Below are positions 1 to 9,719 of a DNA stretch of 64,000 bases, one piece after another. The notes beneath the pieces were generated by a model. The model was not told where the DNA came from. It ran no database searches and saw nothing but the letters and a program-made list of their open reading frames with translations. The DNA lies in the NCBI GenBank assembly GCA_963664395.2, contig OY761159.2, forward strand, positions 3,744,001-3,808,000, read 5' to 3'. The first letter of the stretch is position 1. Each line of letters begins with the position of its first letter. The stretch comes from Candidatus Binatia bacterium. Lineage in GTDB: Bacteria > Desulfobacterota > Binatia > Bin18. Made by a program: the position numbers and the translations under genes.

Positions 1-6
1 AGAGTT

Positions 7-1974
7 GTGAAACTCTACGAAGTTCCATCCCTGCTTGTAAAGGCAGTGCTGGCTGCTGAAGATCAACACTTTTTTGAACATAACGGGGTTGATTTCTGGC
101 GAATCTTGGGAGCTGCATGGGCAAACCTCAGGGCCGGACGAACAGTCCAAGGCGGCAGCACGCTTACGCAGCAGCTTATTAAGAACTTCTTTCTTTCCCA
201 AGAAAGAACCCTCGAGCGAAAGCTGACCGAAATCTGTATGGCGGTCATTGTTGAGAACCATTATTCCAAACTGCAAATACTCGAGAATTACTTGAACGAA
301 ATTTACTTGGGTCAGCGGGGAGCAAAGAGTCTTTTTGGCATCTGGGAAGCAGCTCGATTCTACTTTGGAAAAGCACCTCGTGATTTAACGGTCGGAGAAA
401 TGGCTGTCCTTGCTGGTATGATCAAAGCGCCTAATCGATATGCTCCCAATCGTCACCCCGAGCGTGCAATCCGGCGGCGCAATCATATTCTCCAAAGAAT
501 GACCGAATTAGGAGCCATTCCGAAAGAGGAAGCATACGCTGCACGGCACGAAGAAGTTGGACCGCGCGCTATCCAACCTGAACGAAATACAGCCCCGTAT
601 TTCGTGGACTTTATTAGAAAAGAGCTTGAAGAGCGCTATCCTGCCGGCACATTGACCAAGGCAGGGCTCAATATCTTTACTGTTTTAGATATGCGACTCC
701 AGCAGATCGCGCGTGAAGTCATTCAAGCAGGACTGACGGAACTTGAGGAAAAGCATCCACGGCTGAAGCGAGAGATTCCTGACGAGCGCCTTCAGGCGTG
801 CCTTATTGCTATCCAACCCCAAACTGGACATATTCTCGCTTTGGTAGGTGGACGTGACTACCAGGTGTCGCAGTTTAATCGGGTAGTACAGGCCCACCGG
901 CAACCGGGCTCGATTTTTAAACCAGTGGTGTTCCTGGCTGCCCTTGAAAGAGAAAGGCAACAGAAAGACGGCTGGTTCCTTCCGACGAGTCTGGTCAACG
1001 ATGCTCCCTTCAGCTGGTTCTATGAAGATAAAGAATGGAGTCCGCGGAACTATAAAAATCGCTATCTTGGCCTGGTCAGTCTTCGAAAAGCTCTCGCAAA
1101 ATCATTGAATGCAGCTACGGCGCGTATTGCCCAAGAAGTCGGCCTTGAACCTGCCCGCCAAATGGCTGTGCGTCTGGGCTTTACCAGTCCTTTGCCTGCC
1201 TACCCTTCACTTGCTCTCGGCGCGGCTGAGGTAACACCGTTTGAGGTCGCCCTTGCGTATAGTACTCTGGCCAATCAAGGTATTGCGACACTGCCAGAGA
1301 CTATTAAATGGATAACAAGTCGCACGGGTGAAATGATTGAGCAGCGCCAGATGACCGTCGAACAGCGGATTCATCCGGACGATGCGTATGTTTTGACTCA
1401 CCTTCTGGAAGGCGTCATGGAACAGGGAACTGGTGCGGGGGCCCGTCGGAGGGGATTTGTCCGCCCGGCCGCAGGAAAGACGGGAACTACGAACGATTAC
1501 GGCGACGCCTGGTTTGTGGGCTATACACCCGATCTCTTAACGGTGGTGTGGGTCGGGTTCGATCGTCGGACTTCACTCGAACTGTCCGGTGCCCAGGCCG
1601 CGTTGCCGCTTTGGACCGAATTCATGAAACGCGCGACAGCCGGGACGGCCGCCGCTTTTGCGGTCCCACCTGGGGTAACCCTTGTTGCCGTTGATCAAGA
1701 AACTGGTCTGCGTGCAACACCCTCCTGTCCGCAGGCTATTCAGGAAGCTTTTCCAAAGGGGCAAGAGCCTATCCTGGCGTGTCCGTATCATACCCCGGCT
1801 GCAAGGCCACCACGTCCTCCCGTTCGCACGCCGGCAGCAGCCCGGCAACGCCCGGCCGCGCAGCCTCCCGCAAGAGCAGCCGCTACGTTTCCGCCGGAGT
1901 CGGAGCAACCGTCGGCAATAGAGACGCCGGCGCCACAACCAAAACGCTCCAAGCCGTGGTGGAAAATACTTTGA
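7..1974 (+). CDS. Class A penicillin-binding protein (PBP1A/1B family), 5' end probably outside the window
   Basis: Transglycosylase motifs EDxxFxxHxG and QGGSTLTQQ; transpeptidase SxxK (SIFK), SLN, KTG; Pro/Ala-rich tail ending KPWWKIL. Confidence 0.92.
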   Translation: MKLYEVPSLLVKAVLAAEDQHFFEHNGVDFWRILGAAWANLRAGRTVQGGSTLTQQLIKNFFLSQERTLERKLTEICMAVIVENHYSKLQILENYLNEIYLGQRGAKSLFGIWEAARFYFGKAPRDLTVGEMAVLAGMIKAPNRYAPNRHPERAIRRRNHILQRMTELGAIPKEEAYAARHEEVGPRAIQPERNTAPYFVDFIRKELEERYPAGTLTKAGLNIFTVLDMRLQQIAREVIQAGLTELEEKHPRLKREIPDERLQACLIAIQPQTGHILALVGGRDYQVSQFNRVVQAHRQPGSIFKPVVFLAALERERQQKDGWFLPTSLVNDAPFSWFYEDKEWSPRNYKNRYLGLVSLRKALAKSLNAATARIAQEVGLEPARQMAVRLGFTSPLPAYPSLALGAAEVTPFEVALAYSTLANQGIATLPETIKWITSRTGEMIEQRQMTVEQRIHPDDAYVLTHLLEGVMEQGTGAGARRRGFVRPAAGKTGTTNDYGDAWFVGYTPDLLTVVWVGFDRRTSLELSGAQAALPLWTEFMKRATAGTAAAFAVPPGVTLVAVDQETGLRATPSCPQAIQEAFPKGQEPILACPYHTPAARPPRPPVRTPAAARQRPAAQPPARAAATFPPESEQPSAIETPAPQPKRSKPWWKIL

Positions 1975-2546
1975 TCGTACTGTCACCTACTTTCCTCGGA
2001 ACTGTTTTTTCCTGTGTGCTCTTGCTGTTGACATATAGCTGTCCTGTTGCATATGCACAGGATGGCTCTCTTGAGAATCTGAGCAGTACAACGGAACAGA
2101 ACGACGGAACGACCGAAGAGCAAGAGAATTCTCCGCTGTCTGAGCAGGTGGAATTCTCTCCCCAGGAGCGGGTTGCCCTCTATTTTGTGGAACAAGGACA
2201 GGCCGCATTGAGTCAGAAAGATTTTGAGCAGGCTCGTATTTTTTTCGAGCGGGCAATTGAGGCCGCTCCTCTACAACCTTATGGTTATTACTTCCTTGGG
2301 CGCTTGGCCTTTACTCTGGACGAAGCGGGCCAAGCGTTGGTCTTTTTACTGAAAGCGGAACTCTTGTTCTCAGAAGAGAATGATGCCTGGTTGGGTGAAA
2401 TAACCTGCCTGCAGGGGGCGATTCACGAGGCGGCCGGGGACTACGAGGATGCCCGGTTGAATTACCGACGCTGCCTGGATTTTTCTCCCCAAAGCTTACG
2501 CGCCATTAGTGCTCTTGCCCGGCTGCCTGATGCGGGTGAGCGGTGA
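1971..2546 (+). CDS. Exported TPR-repeat protein
   Basis: Hydrophobic leader ending AYA-Q, acidic linker, TPR-like helices; likely TTG start overlapping the PBP stop rather than ORF-track start 1779. Confidence 0.7.
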   Translation: MIVLSPTFLGTVFSCVLLLLTYSCPVAYAQDGSLENLSSTTEQNDGTTEEQENSPLSEQVEFSPQERVALYFVEQGQAALSQKDFEQARIFFERAIEAAPLQPYGYYFLGRLAFTLDEAGQALVFLLKAELLFSEENDAWLGEITCLQGAIHEAAGDYEDARLNYRRCLDFSPQSLRAISALARLPDAGER

Positions 2547-3571
2547 AAACGCCCGGTCAAAAGGACTTCACCGTCTTAGGCATTGAGTCCTCGTGTGATG
2601 ACACAGCGGTGGCCGTTCTGCGTGGGCGACGGATCCTGTCTAACATTGTCTCGTCTCAGGATGCGGTCCATGGCCCCTATGGGGGGATCGTGCCCGAGCT
2701 GGCCTCTCGGCAGCATATACAAAATGCACTGCCTGTTCTTGATACAGCGTTGGAGCAAGCCCACACCACTCTCGATGCTATCGATGGTATTGCCGTCACT
2801 GCCGGCCCGGGTTTAGTCGGCTCGTTGTTGGTTGGGGTGTCGCTCGCGAAGTCGCTCGCGTTTGCCAAGAATCTACCGTTTATTGGTATCAATCACCTTG
2901 AAGGCCACCTCCTGGCGGTGCGGCTCGAACAAGAGGTCGATTTTCCATTCCTGTGTGTATTAGTGTCTGGCGGCCATACGAGTTTATATCTTGCGCGGGA
3001 TTGGGGAAACTATCAGCGTCTGGGCGCGACCCGGGATGATGCGGCTGGCGAGGCGTTCGACAAAGGGGCGAAAATGCTCGGCCTAGGGTACCCAGGCGGG
3101 CGGATCATTGATGAGCTAGCCAAAGCAGGCCGGCGCAACGCCTTTCGGTTTCCCCGCGCGCGTATCAAAAAGGCGAGGTACGACTTTAGCTATAGTGGGC
3201 TCAAGACGGCCCTGCGCCAATTTCTCGCATCTCCGGAGCGAGAACGGTATACCCACGCCGATATCGCAGCAAGTTATCAAGAAGCCGTGGTGGACACCGT
3301 GGTGGACACCACTCTACGAGCGGCCCATGATCTTCACATCGGGTGTATTGTCGCCTCTGGTGGCGTCTCAGCCAATTCTCGACTTCGCCACCGCCTGACC
3401 GAAGCCGGAGAGCAAAACGATTTTCGGGTATTCTTCCCTTCGTTGAAGCTGTGTACGGATAATGCAGCGATGATCGCTTTTGCCGGTGCATGGCGTCTTG
3501 CCGCGGGGCAGCGTTCCGGGTTGGACCTGAATGCGTCTGCTGTGCTGCCATTAGAAGATGCCGTAAGATAG
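2543..3571 (+). CDS. tsaD: tRNA N6-threonylcarbamoyltransferase TsaD
   Basis: GIESSCDDT, GPGLVGSL, HLEGH, SGGHT, TRDDAAGEAFDK, CTDNAAMI. Confidence 0.97.
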   Translation: MKTPGQKDFTVLGIESSCDDTAVAVLRGRRILSNIVSSQDAVHGPYGGIVPELASRQHIQNALPVLDTALEQAHTTLDAIDGIAVTAGPGLVGSLLVGVSLAKSLAFAKNLPFIGINHLEGHLLAVRLEQEVDFPFLCVLVSGGHTSLYLARDWGNYQRLGATRDDAAGEAFDKGAKMLGLGYPGGRIIDELAKAGRRNAFRFPRARIKKARYDFSYSGLKTALRQFLASPERERYTHADIAASYQEAVVDTVVDTTLRAAHDLHIGCIVASGGVSANSRLRHRLTEAGEQNDFRVFFPSLKLCTDNAAMIAFAGAWRLAAGQRSGLDLNASAVLPLEDAVR

Positions 3572-3591
3572 AACCCCGGTGAGAGTCCGTT

Positions 3592-4419
3592 GTGCCAACA
3601 CTGCTCCAACAAGCCCGTTTCGTCCTTGGCGAACTTGGCATTCGTCCCCATAAACGTCTCGGCCAGCATTTCCTGATCGATGCAGACGTTATACAGCATA
3701 CGGTGACGGCAGCGGCCATACGCCCTGAGGATAACGTGCTGGAGATCGGACCAGGGCTTGGGGCACTATCTGAAATCTTGGTCAAAGCCGCCGCTCAGCT
3801 TATTTTAGTCGAAATGGACGCGACTTTGGCTGAACGACTGGCCGAACGCTTTGCTCATGACGAGCACGTCCGGATTATTTCGGCCGACTTTCTTCGCTTG
3901 GATATGAAGGAAACGTTTCAAGAACAGTCCATACAGGTCGTGGCAAGCCTGCCATATAATGTTGCGACTCCCATCCTCTTTCGGTTGCTCGACCATCGGA
4001 CGCAGTTCCCGCAGGCCACGGTCATGCTCCAACGGGAGGTGGCAGAGCGTATTACGGCCTCCCCTGGGACAAAAGCGTATGGTGTGCTTTCCGTCTTGAT
4101 TCAACTCTACGCTACTACGAAAACGGTGTGCTCGGTTGGACCAGGCAGCTTTTTCCCTGCACCAAAAGTGCACTCCCAAGTGATTCAACTGATTTTCCAA
4201 AAAGACCCTCGGGTTGAAGTTGCAGATGAGGGCCTGTTCCGCCATATCGTGAAGGCTGCCTTTAATCAACGCAGAAAAACGTTGCGGAATGCGTTGCGAG
4301 GTATTGGTGGGGCAGACCTTGAAGCCATTGGCCGACGGACTGATATTGACTTACAGCGCCGCGGAGAGACGCTAAGCCTTGAGGAATTTGCTCGCCTGAC
4401 AAATAGTTGGCTCGGGTAA
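3592..4419 (+). CDS. rsmA: 16S rRNA adenine dimethyltransferase RsmA/KsgA
   Basis: LGQHFL, EIGPGLG, SLPYN, MLQREVA, AFNQRRKTLRN. Confidence 0.97.
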   Translation: MPTLLQQARFVLGELGIRPHKRLGQHFLIDADVIQHTVTAAAIRPEDNVLEIGPGLGALSEILVKAAAQLILVEMDATLAERLAERFAHDEHVRIISADFLRLDMKETFQEQSIQVVASLPYNVATPILFRLLDHRTQFPQATVMLQREVAERITASPGTKAYGVLSVLIQLYATTKTVCSVGPGSFFPAPKVHSQVIQLIFQKDPRVEVADEGLFRHIVKAAFNQRRKTLRNALRGIGGADLEAIGRRTDIDLQRRGETLSLEEFARLTNSWLG

Positions 4420-4442
4420 TCCGTGCGTATAAAGGGAATGCT

Positions 4443-5264
4443 ATGGAACGAAAAGTCATCGAATATACAGTCAAAGACCGTATTGCCACGATCACCCTCA
4501 ACCGTCCTCAACGCAGAAACTCGTGGACGGGTAGAATGCACGTTGAGTACCGCTGGTCCATTGAGCAAGCCGAGAATGACCCGGAGGTTCGGGCTATTCT
4601 CGTGACCGGGGCGGGTCGGGATTTTTGCGTTGGGGCCGATTCGCGCGCGCTTGAGGGGCATGTTGAAAAAGGTGGCTACGACCCAGGAACTCCGGACAAA
4701 ATGCCGACTCCGGGCTATGGCGTACGACCTGAGTTTGACGCGGATTTCGCGTATCAATTCGGCCTCACCAAGCCGGTGATTGCGGCCATTAACGGCGCAA
4801 TCGCTGGCGCCGGCCTGGCGGTGGCCTGCTATGCTGATATCCGTTTCGCTGCAGAAGGTGCGAAATTCACGACCGCCCACGGTGCCCTGAACCTGCCGGC
4901 CGAGTTTGGTCTGTCTTGGCTGCTACCGCGTCTTATGGGCGTCACGCGGGCAAATGATATCTTGCTCACGAGCCGTATCTTCCTGGCAGAGGAAGCGTAT
5001 GACCTGGGGCTGGTCAACAAAGTTTTGCCTTTCGACGAACTCCTCCCCCACACCTATGCCTATATACGTCAGATGATTGCCCGTGTTTCTCCCGGATCGT
5101 TGCGGGCAACCAAAAATCAGATCTATGCCGACTTGCATGGCGATGCGGCCTCGGCAGTCCAGCGCTCGCGCAGCCTGATTGACCGTATGACGACCGAGTC
5201 AGACTTCCGTGAAGGCGTCGCCGCCTTCACGGAAAAGCGCCCGCCGCGTTGGTCAGGCAAGTGA
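4443..5264 (+). CDS. Enoyl-CoA hydratase/isomerase family protein
   Basis: ITLNRP, FCVGAD, KPVIAAINGAIAGAG, EGVAAFTEKRPP; ATG at 4443. Confidence 0.9.
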   Translation: MERKVIEYTVKDRIATITLNRPQRRNSWTGRMHVEYRWSIEQAENDPEVRAILVTGAGRDFCVGADSRALEGHVEKGGYDPGTPDKMPTPGYGVRPEFDADFAYQFGLTKPVIAAINGAIAGAGLAVACYADIRFAAEGAKFTTAHGALNLPAEFGLSWLLPRLMGVTRANDILLTSRIFLAEEAYDLGLVNKVLPFDELLPHTYAYIRQMIARVSPGSLRATKNQIYADLHGDAASAVQRSRSLIDRMTTESDFREGVAAFTEKRPPRWSGK

Positions 5265-5268
5265 GCGC

Positions 5269-5799
5269 TTACGACCCCATCCCTGACACCACCAACCCAA
5301 TCCGTGACATATCGAGCGAAATCCAGACAATCCAGGCAGTCAGGACAAGTGCTACTCCAGTAAAGATTTGTATGCGCTTGACCAGACCCGGAAGTTTATC
5401 CGGTGGGAATGCCTCACCGCGTATCTCGGTGCGGACAAGGCGATGACCCATCCCAAGGGAAACCGCGGCGCTGACGTTAATGAGAATAAAGACAATGAGG
5501 AGTTTGAGGCTCAGCAAGCTGCCAAAGTCTGACAAATATCCCTCCGGAGTAAAGAATGATAAGCTTGGTCTGGCTTTGAACGAGGTGAGATTCCACGCGC
5601 CGGTCATCAGCACGACTCCGAGGGAGCCGATACTGAGGGGATTGTAGTATTTCAGCCCCTTGGCCAAGTATGTTTGTTTTGCTGCCGGGTCGTCAATCTG
5701 AGCGGCCGGAGGAAGCAACATGACGAGGAGGGTGACGCCGCTGCCAAAGAAGACTGCTAAGCTGAGTACATGGGTCCACAAGAGAATGAAATCACTCAT
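5269..5799 (-). CDS. 4-TM membrane protein, CopD/DUF2269-like
   Basis: Four hydrophobic segments, N-terminal HxL..G, TG.WN and KL motifs. Confidence 0.6.
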   Translation of the reverse strand: MSDFILLWTHVLSLAVFFGSGVTLLVMLLPPAAQIDDPAAKQTYLAKGLKYYNPLSIGSLGVVLMTGAWNLTSFKARPSLSFFTPEGYLSDFGSLLSLKLLIVFILINVSAAVSLGMGHRLVRTEIRGEAFPPDKLPGLVKRIQIFTGVALVLTAWIVWISLDMSRIGLVVSGMGS

Positions 5800-5857
5800 T
5801 AGTCGGACGTTAAACCAGAGGGCACTAGAAATGTAAATGGCCGCCCGCTAGGAATGT

Positions 5858-5886
5858 TTGACACTCAAAACCAGGGTCGATATTCT
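5858..5886 (+). promoter_or_regulatory. Sigma70-like promoter for nuoF
   Basis: TTGACA-17bp-TATTCT upstream of ATG 5954. Confidence 0.65.
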
Positions 5887-5953
5887 GACTACATGCGGTG
5901 CTTTCTCTTTATTTCATATTCCTTTTTCAATGAGGCGAGGGAAGGAAGGGTGA

Positions 5954-7246
5954 ATGGCCGAAAACGTACTACTGCGCCACGAAGATGTCCCTGACATTCA
6001 CAAGCTTGACGTATACTTGGCCCATGATGGGTATGTCGCAGCACGCACGGCGCTGACCACGCTCAAGCCTGAGGAAGTCACGGCCCAAGTAAAAGAGTCG
6101 AACCTGCGGGGGCGGGGCGGAGCCGGTTTCCCGGCAGGCGTCAAATGGGGCTTCTTGCCGAAGGACTCGGATAAGCCCGTCTATCTGTGTTGCAACGCAG
6201 ACGAGAGTGAACCTGGGACGTTCAAGGATCGAGCAATCATTGAGAAGAATACGCATATCCTCTTAGAAGGCATTCTCATCACCTGCTATGCCATTAATGC
6301 CCATACGGCCTACATCTACATCAGAGGTGAATTCGCCTATGGTGCAAAGTGTCTGGAAAATGCCCTGGCCGCTGCGTATGACACGGGGCTGTTCGGCAAA
6401 GATATTTTCGGAACCGGATTTGATCTTGAGGTCTATGTTCACCGGGGAGCTGGGGCCTATATCTGCGGGGAAGAGACTGGCCTGATTGAGTCGATTGAAG
6501 GCAAGCGCGCCTACCCCCGTATTAAGCCTCCGTTCCCTGCCGTGTACGGCTTATTTGGCTGTCCAACTATTGTGAACAATGTGGAAACGCTGGCCTGCGT
6601 GCCGTCCATCATCAAAAACGGTCCGGCCTGGTTTCGGTCCATTGGGCCGGAAAGTGGGCCGGGTCCCAAAATATATGGAGTCAGCGGTCATGTTGAGCAG
6701 CCCGGTATGTTCGAGCTGCCCATGGGTATGCCGCTGCGCGAAGTGATCTACGACTATGCAGGTGGCATCAAAGATGGAAAGAACCTCAAGGCCGTCATGC
6801 CGGCGGGGTCGTCCTTCCCCGTTTTGACGCCGGACGAGATTGACGTCCATATGGATTTTGACTCCATGCGTGCCATTGGCGCCTTCCTGGGCACCGCCGG
6901 CATTATCGTTATGGACGAAGACACCTGTATGGTCCACGCCTTGGAGATCATCGACCGCTTCTATCACCATGAATCCTGCGGCCAGTGTTCGCCGTGTCGA
7001 GAAGGAACCGGCTGGTTACACAAGCTGCTGGTGCGACTCGAAGAGGGCAACGGCAAGGCCGAGGATATCGACCTGATAGACCGTATTTGTACCAATATGA
7101 TGGGCAATACGGTGTGTGTCTTGGCTGACGCGGCTGCCATGCCAACGCAGAGTTATCTGAAAAAGTTCCGCAACGAGTTTCTTGCCCATGTGACTGAAGG
7201 TGGCTGCCCGCTGAAAAAATCATCGGCCCAGCCTGAAGCTGTCTAA
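5954..7246 (+). CDS. nuoF: NADH:quinone oxidoreductase subunit F
   Basis: LRGRGGAGFP, NADESEPGTFKDR, GAGAYICGEET, ESCGQCSPCREG. Confidence 0.96.
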   Translation: MAENVLLRHEDVPDIHKLDVYLAHDGYVAARTALTTLKPEEVTAQVKESNLRGRGGAGFPAGVKWGFLPKDSDKPVYLCCNADESEPGTFKDRAIIEKNTHILLEGILITCYAINAHTAYIYIRGEFAYGAKCLENALAAAYDTGLFGKDIFGTGFDLEVYVHRGAGAYICGEETGLIESIEGKRAYPRIKPPFPAVYGLFGCPTIVNNVETLACVPSIIKNGPAWFRSIGPESGPGPKIYGVSGHVEQPGMFELPMGMPLREVIYDYAGGIKDGKNLKAVMPAGSSFPVLTPDEIDVHMDFDSMRAIGAFLGTAGIIVMDEDTCMVHALEIIDRFYHHESCGQCSPCREGTGWLHKLLVRLEEGNGKAEDIDLIDRICTNMMGNTVCVLADAAAMPTQSYLKKFRNEFLAHVTEGGCPLKKSSAQPEAV

Positions 7247-7264
7247 GTCTCCCCAGAGGTTTTC

Positions 7265-8854
7265 ATGCCCACACTTGAAATTGATGGCCAAGAAGTGACG
7301 GTCGAGGATGGCCTGAACGTCATCCAAGCCGCCGAACAGGTCGGTGTTGAAGTTCCGCATTACTGTTACCATCCGGGGCTCAGCATATCGGGGAACTGCC
7401 GGATGTGCTTGGTCGAAATCGAGAACATGCCCAAACTCCAGATTGGATGTAATACGCGTGTTTCCGACGGCATGGTGGTGAAAACTGCAAGTGAAAGAGC
7501 AAAACACGCCCAAGCGGCTGTGCTTGAGTTTCTTTTAATTAACCACCCGATCGATTGTCCCATCTGCGACCAAGCCGGCGAGTGTAAGCTCCAGGACTAC
7601 TACATGCTGTACGGAGCCTATAGGAGCGAGATGAAGCTTGAGGCCAAGGTCCACAAAGGGAAAGTCGTTGACCTTGGACCTGAGGTTGTGCTCGACGAAG
7701 AGCGCTGTATTCTATGCGCGCGCTGTACCCGTTTCTGTGACGAAATAACACAGACCGGCGAGTTGGGAATTTTTGAACGAGGGGATCATTCTCGCATCAG
7801 TCTCTTTCCAGGGAAGAAACTCGACAATCCATATTCCGGAAACGTGGTTGATGTATGCCCCGTAGGGGCGCTGACGAGCAAGGATTTTCGATTCAAATCC
7901 CGGGTCTGGTACCTCGAAAAAACGCCTTCAACCTGCACCCGCTGTGCCACCGGTTGCAATATTGATATCTACCATCGGCAGGGTGAGGTCTTTCGTTTTC
8001 GTCCGCGTCAAAATCTCGAAGTCAATGCGTATTGGATGTGTGATGAGGGGCGACATTGGTACAAGTCGTTCCAGCAAGAAAGTCGTATTCCCAGTCCTTT
8101 GGTACGAGGCGAATCCTCTTTCGCTGTAGCCTCGTGGGATGAAGCTGGAAAAAAGGTTGCTGAAATCCTTCGTCAGGCTACAGACGAACATGGCGCTCAT
8201 ACGGTAGCGGCGATTGTTGGTGCCAAGGCAACCAACGAAGAAGCATTTCTACTCTCTCGCCTGCTCAGAGAGCAAATTGGCTCCACCCAAACGGCTGGCT
8301 TAGCGTGGTCTCCGGCTGATGCATTTCATGATGACTTCCTGATCCACGCAGACAAAAATCCGAACACGCGCGGACTGAAGAGCTTGGGTCTGCTGAATGG
8401 CGGAGGCGAGGCCGAAGCTGTTTTATCCGCAGCAGAGAAGGGAAACGTGAGAGTCCTCCTTATCCTTGGCGCGGACTTGGTTACGACATTTGGCCAAGAT
8501 CGCATTGATAAAGCCTTGGGCGAAACAACCGTCATTCTGCTCGATACGGATTACAACCGTACGACAGAATACGCCAACATTGTTTTACCAATCGCAGCCG
8601 CCATAGAGACGGACGGGACCTGCACGAATCAGGCGGGCCGTGTCCAGCGGCTCTCTCAGGCATTCCCACCGCCAGGAGAAGCTAAAGTTGGGTGGGAAGC
8701 GCTGGCCTTGCTGAGTACAAAGTTGGGTGGTCCAGACTCTGTTTCGATTACTGATGTCTTCGGCGAATTGACGCACTCAGTCCCAGCCTTTGCCGGTCTG
8801 ACGTATGGGAAGATCGGCCTCCAAGGAGCGCCTTTAGCCAAGGCTGGGTCGTAG
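7265..8854 (+). CDS. nuoG: NADH:quinone oxidoreductase subunit G-like (short, 529 aa)
   Basis: N1b CYH..GNCRMC..C, N5 HPIDCPICDQAGEC, N4 CILCARC..CPVG, N7-type CTRCATGC..C. Confidence 0.88.
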   Translation: MPTLEIDGQEVTVEDGLNVIQAAEQVGVEVPHYCYHPGLSISGNCRMCLVEIENMPKLQIGCNTRVSDGMVVKTASERAKHAQAAVLEFLLINHPIDCPICDQAGECKLQDYYMLYGAYRSEMKLEAKVHKGKVVDLGPEVVLDEERCILCARCTRFCDEITQTGELGIFERGDHSRISLFPGKKLDNPYSGNVVDVCPVGALTSKDFRFKSRVWYLEKTPSTCTRCATGCNIDIYHRQGEVFRFRPRQNLEVNAYWMCDEGRHWYKSFQQESRIPSPLVRGESSFAVASWDEAGKKVAEILRQATDEHGAHTVAAIVGAKATNEEAFLLSRLLREQIGSTQTAGLAWSPADAFHDDFLIHADKNPNTRGLKSLGLLNGGGEAEAVLSAAEKGNVRVLLILGADLVTTFGQDRIDKALGETTVILLDTDYNRTTEYANIVLPIAAAIETDGTCTNQAGRVQRLSQAFPPPGEAKVGWEALALLSTKLGGPDSVSITDVFGELTHSVPAFAGLTYGKIGLQGAPLAKAGS

Positions 8855-8870
8855 GCGGACAACTGCTCCC

Positions 8871-9653
8871 GTGCGTATTGCCACCTGGAATGTGAATTCA
8901 ATCCGCGCGCGCAAGGAGCGTGTGCTGGAATGGCTCACCCGTCAGCAGTTCCCTGAAATCGTTTGTCTTCAGGAAACAAAAGTCATAGACGCTGCCTTTC
9001 CTCGCCGTGAGTTTGAGGATTGCGGCTACTACGTGACCGTGTGTGGACAAAAGACCTACAACGGCGTTGCTATCCTGTCTCGCACTGAGCCGAGTAACAT
9101 CCTGCGCAGCCTCGATGGCGATCCTGAAGATCTCGAAGCTCGCTTCTTGTCCGTCCAGGTTGCTGGTGTCCACATCCTGTGTCTCTACGTCCCGAATGGA
9201 CAGGTAGTCGGGAGTGAGAAGTTTGCGTATAAGCGAACCTGGCTCAGTCGAGTCCGTCACTTCCTTGACACTCAGTGTGATGCTGGAAAACAGCTGGCCC
9301 TGTGTGGAGATTTGAATATCGCGCCGGAAGCGCGTGATGTATACGACCCGGAGGAATGGGAAGATACCGTCCTGTTTCATCCGGACATGCGCGAGGCTTT
9401 TGCATCCCTGTGTGAGTGGGGCCTGGTCGATACTTTTCGTCTCCATCACGCCGAAGGAAAACTGTATAGCTGGTGGGACTACCGTCACCTTGCATTTCCC
9501 AAAAACAAAGGGCTCCGCATCGACCATATTCTTGTCACCCAGCCACTCGCTGAGCGGTGTACTGGCGTTGCTATCGACCGCGAAGCGCGCAAAGGGAAGG
9601 GGGCTTCGGATCACGCCCCGGTTATTGCTGAATTTGGTGACGTATTAGAGTGA
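8871..9653 (+). CDS. xth: Exodeoxyribonuclease III
   Basis: ATWNVNS, LQETK, YNGVA, GDLN, YSWWDYR, GLRIDH, SDHAP. Confidence 0.96.
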   Translation: MRIATWNVNSIRARKERVLEWLTRQQFPEIVCLQETKVIDAAFPRREFEDCGYYVTVCGQKTYNGVAILSRTEPSNILRSLDGDPEDLEARFLSVQVAGVHILCLYVPNGQVVGSEKFAYKRTWLSRVRHFLDTQCDAGKQLALCGDLNIAPEARDVYDPEEWEDTVLFHPDMREAFASLCEWGLVDTFRLHHAEGKLYSWWDYRHLAFPKNKGLRIDHILVTQPLAERCTGVAIDREARKGKGASDHAPVIAEFGDVLE

Positions 9654-9719
9654 AGACAGAGCAGAGGCCCGTTGTCTTTGGAAAGAAAACCTGACAGTCT
9701 GAAGGCGTTGGAGGAGCGT

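Noticed and set aside
1779-1970. ORF-track 5' extensions (1779; likewise 34984, 47139, 47570, 13070)
   Set aside because: They overlap neighbouring genes; better starts with RBS or family-typical N-termini lie downstream
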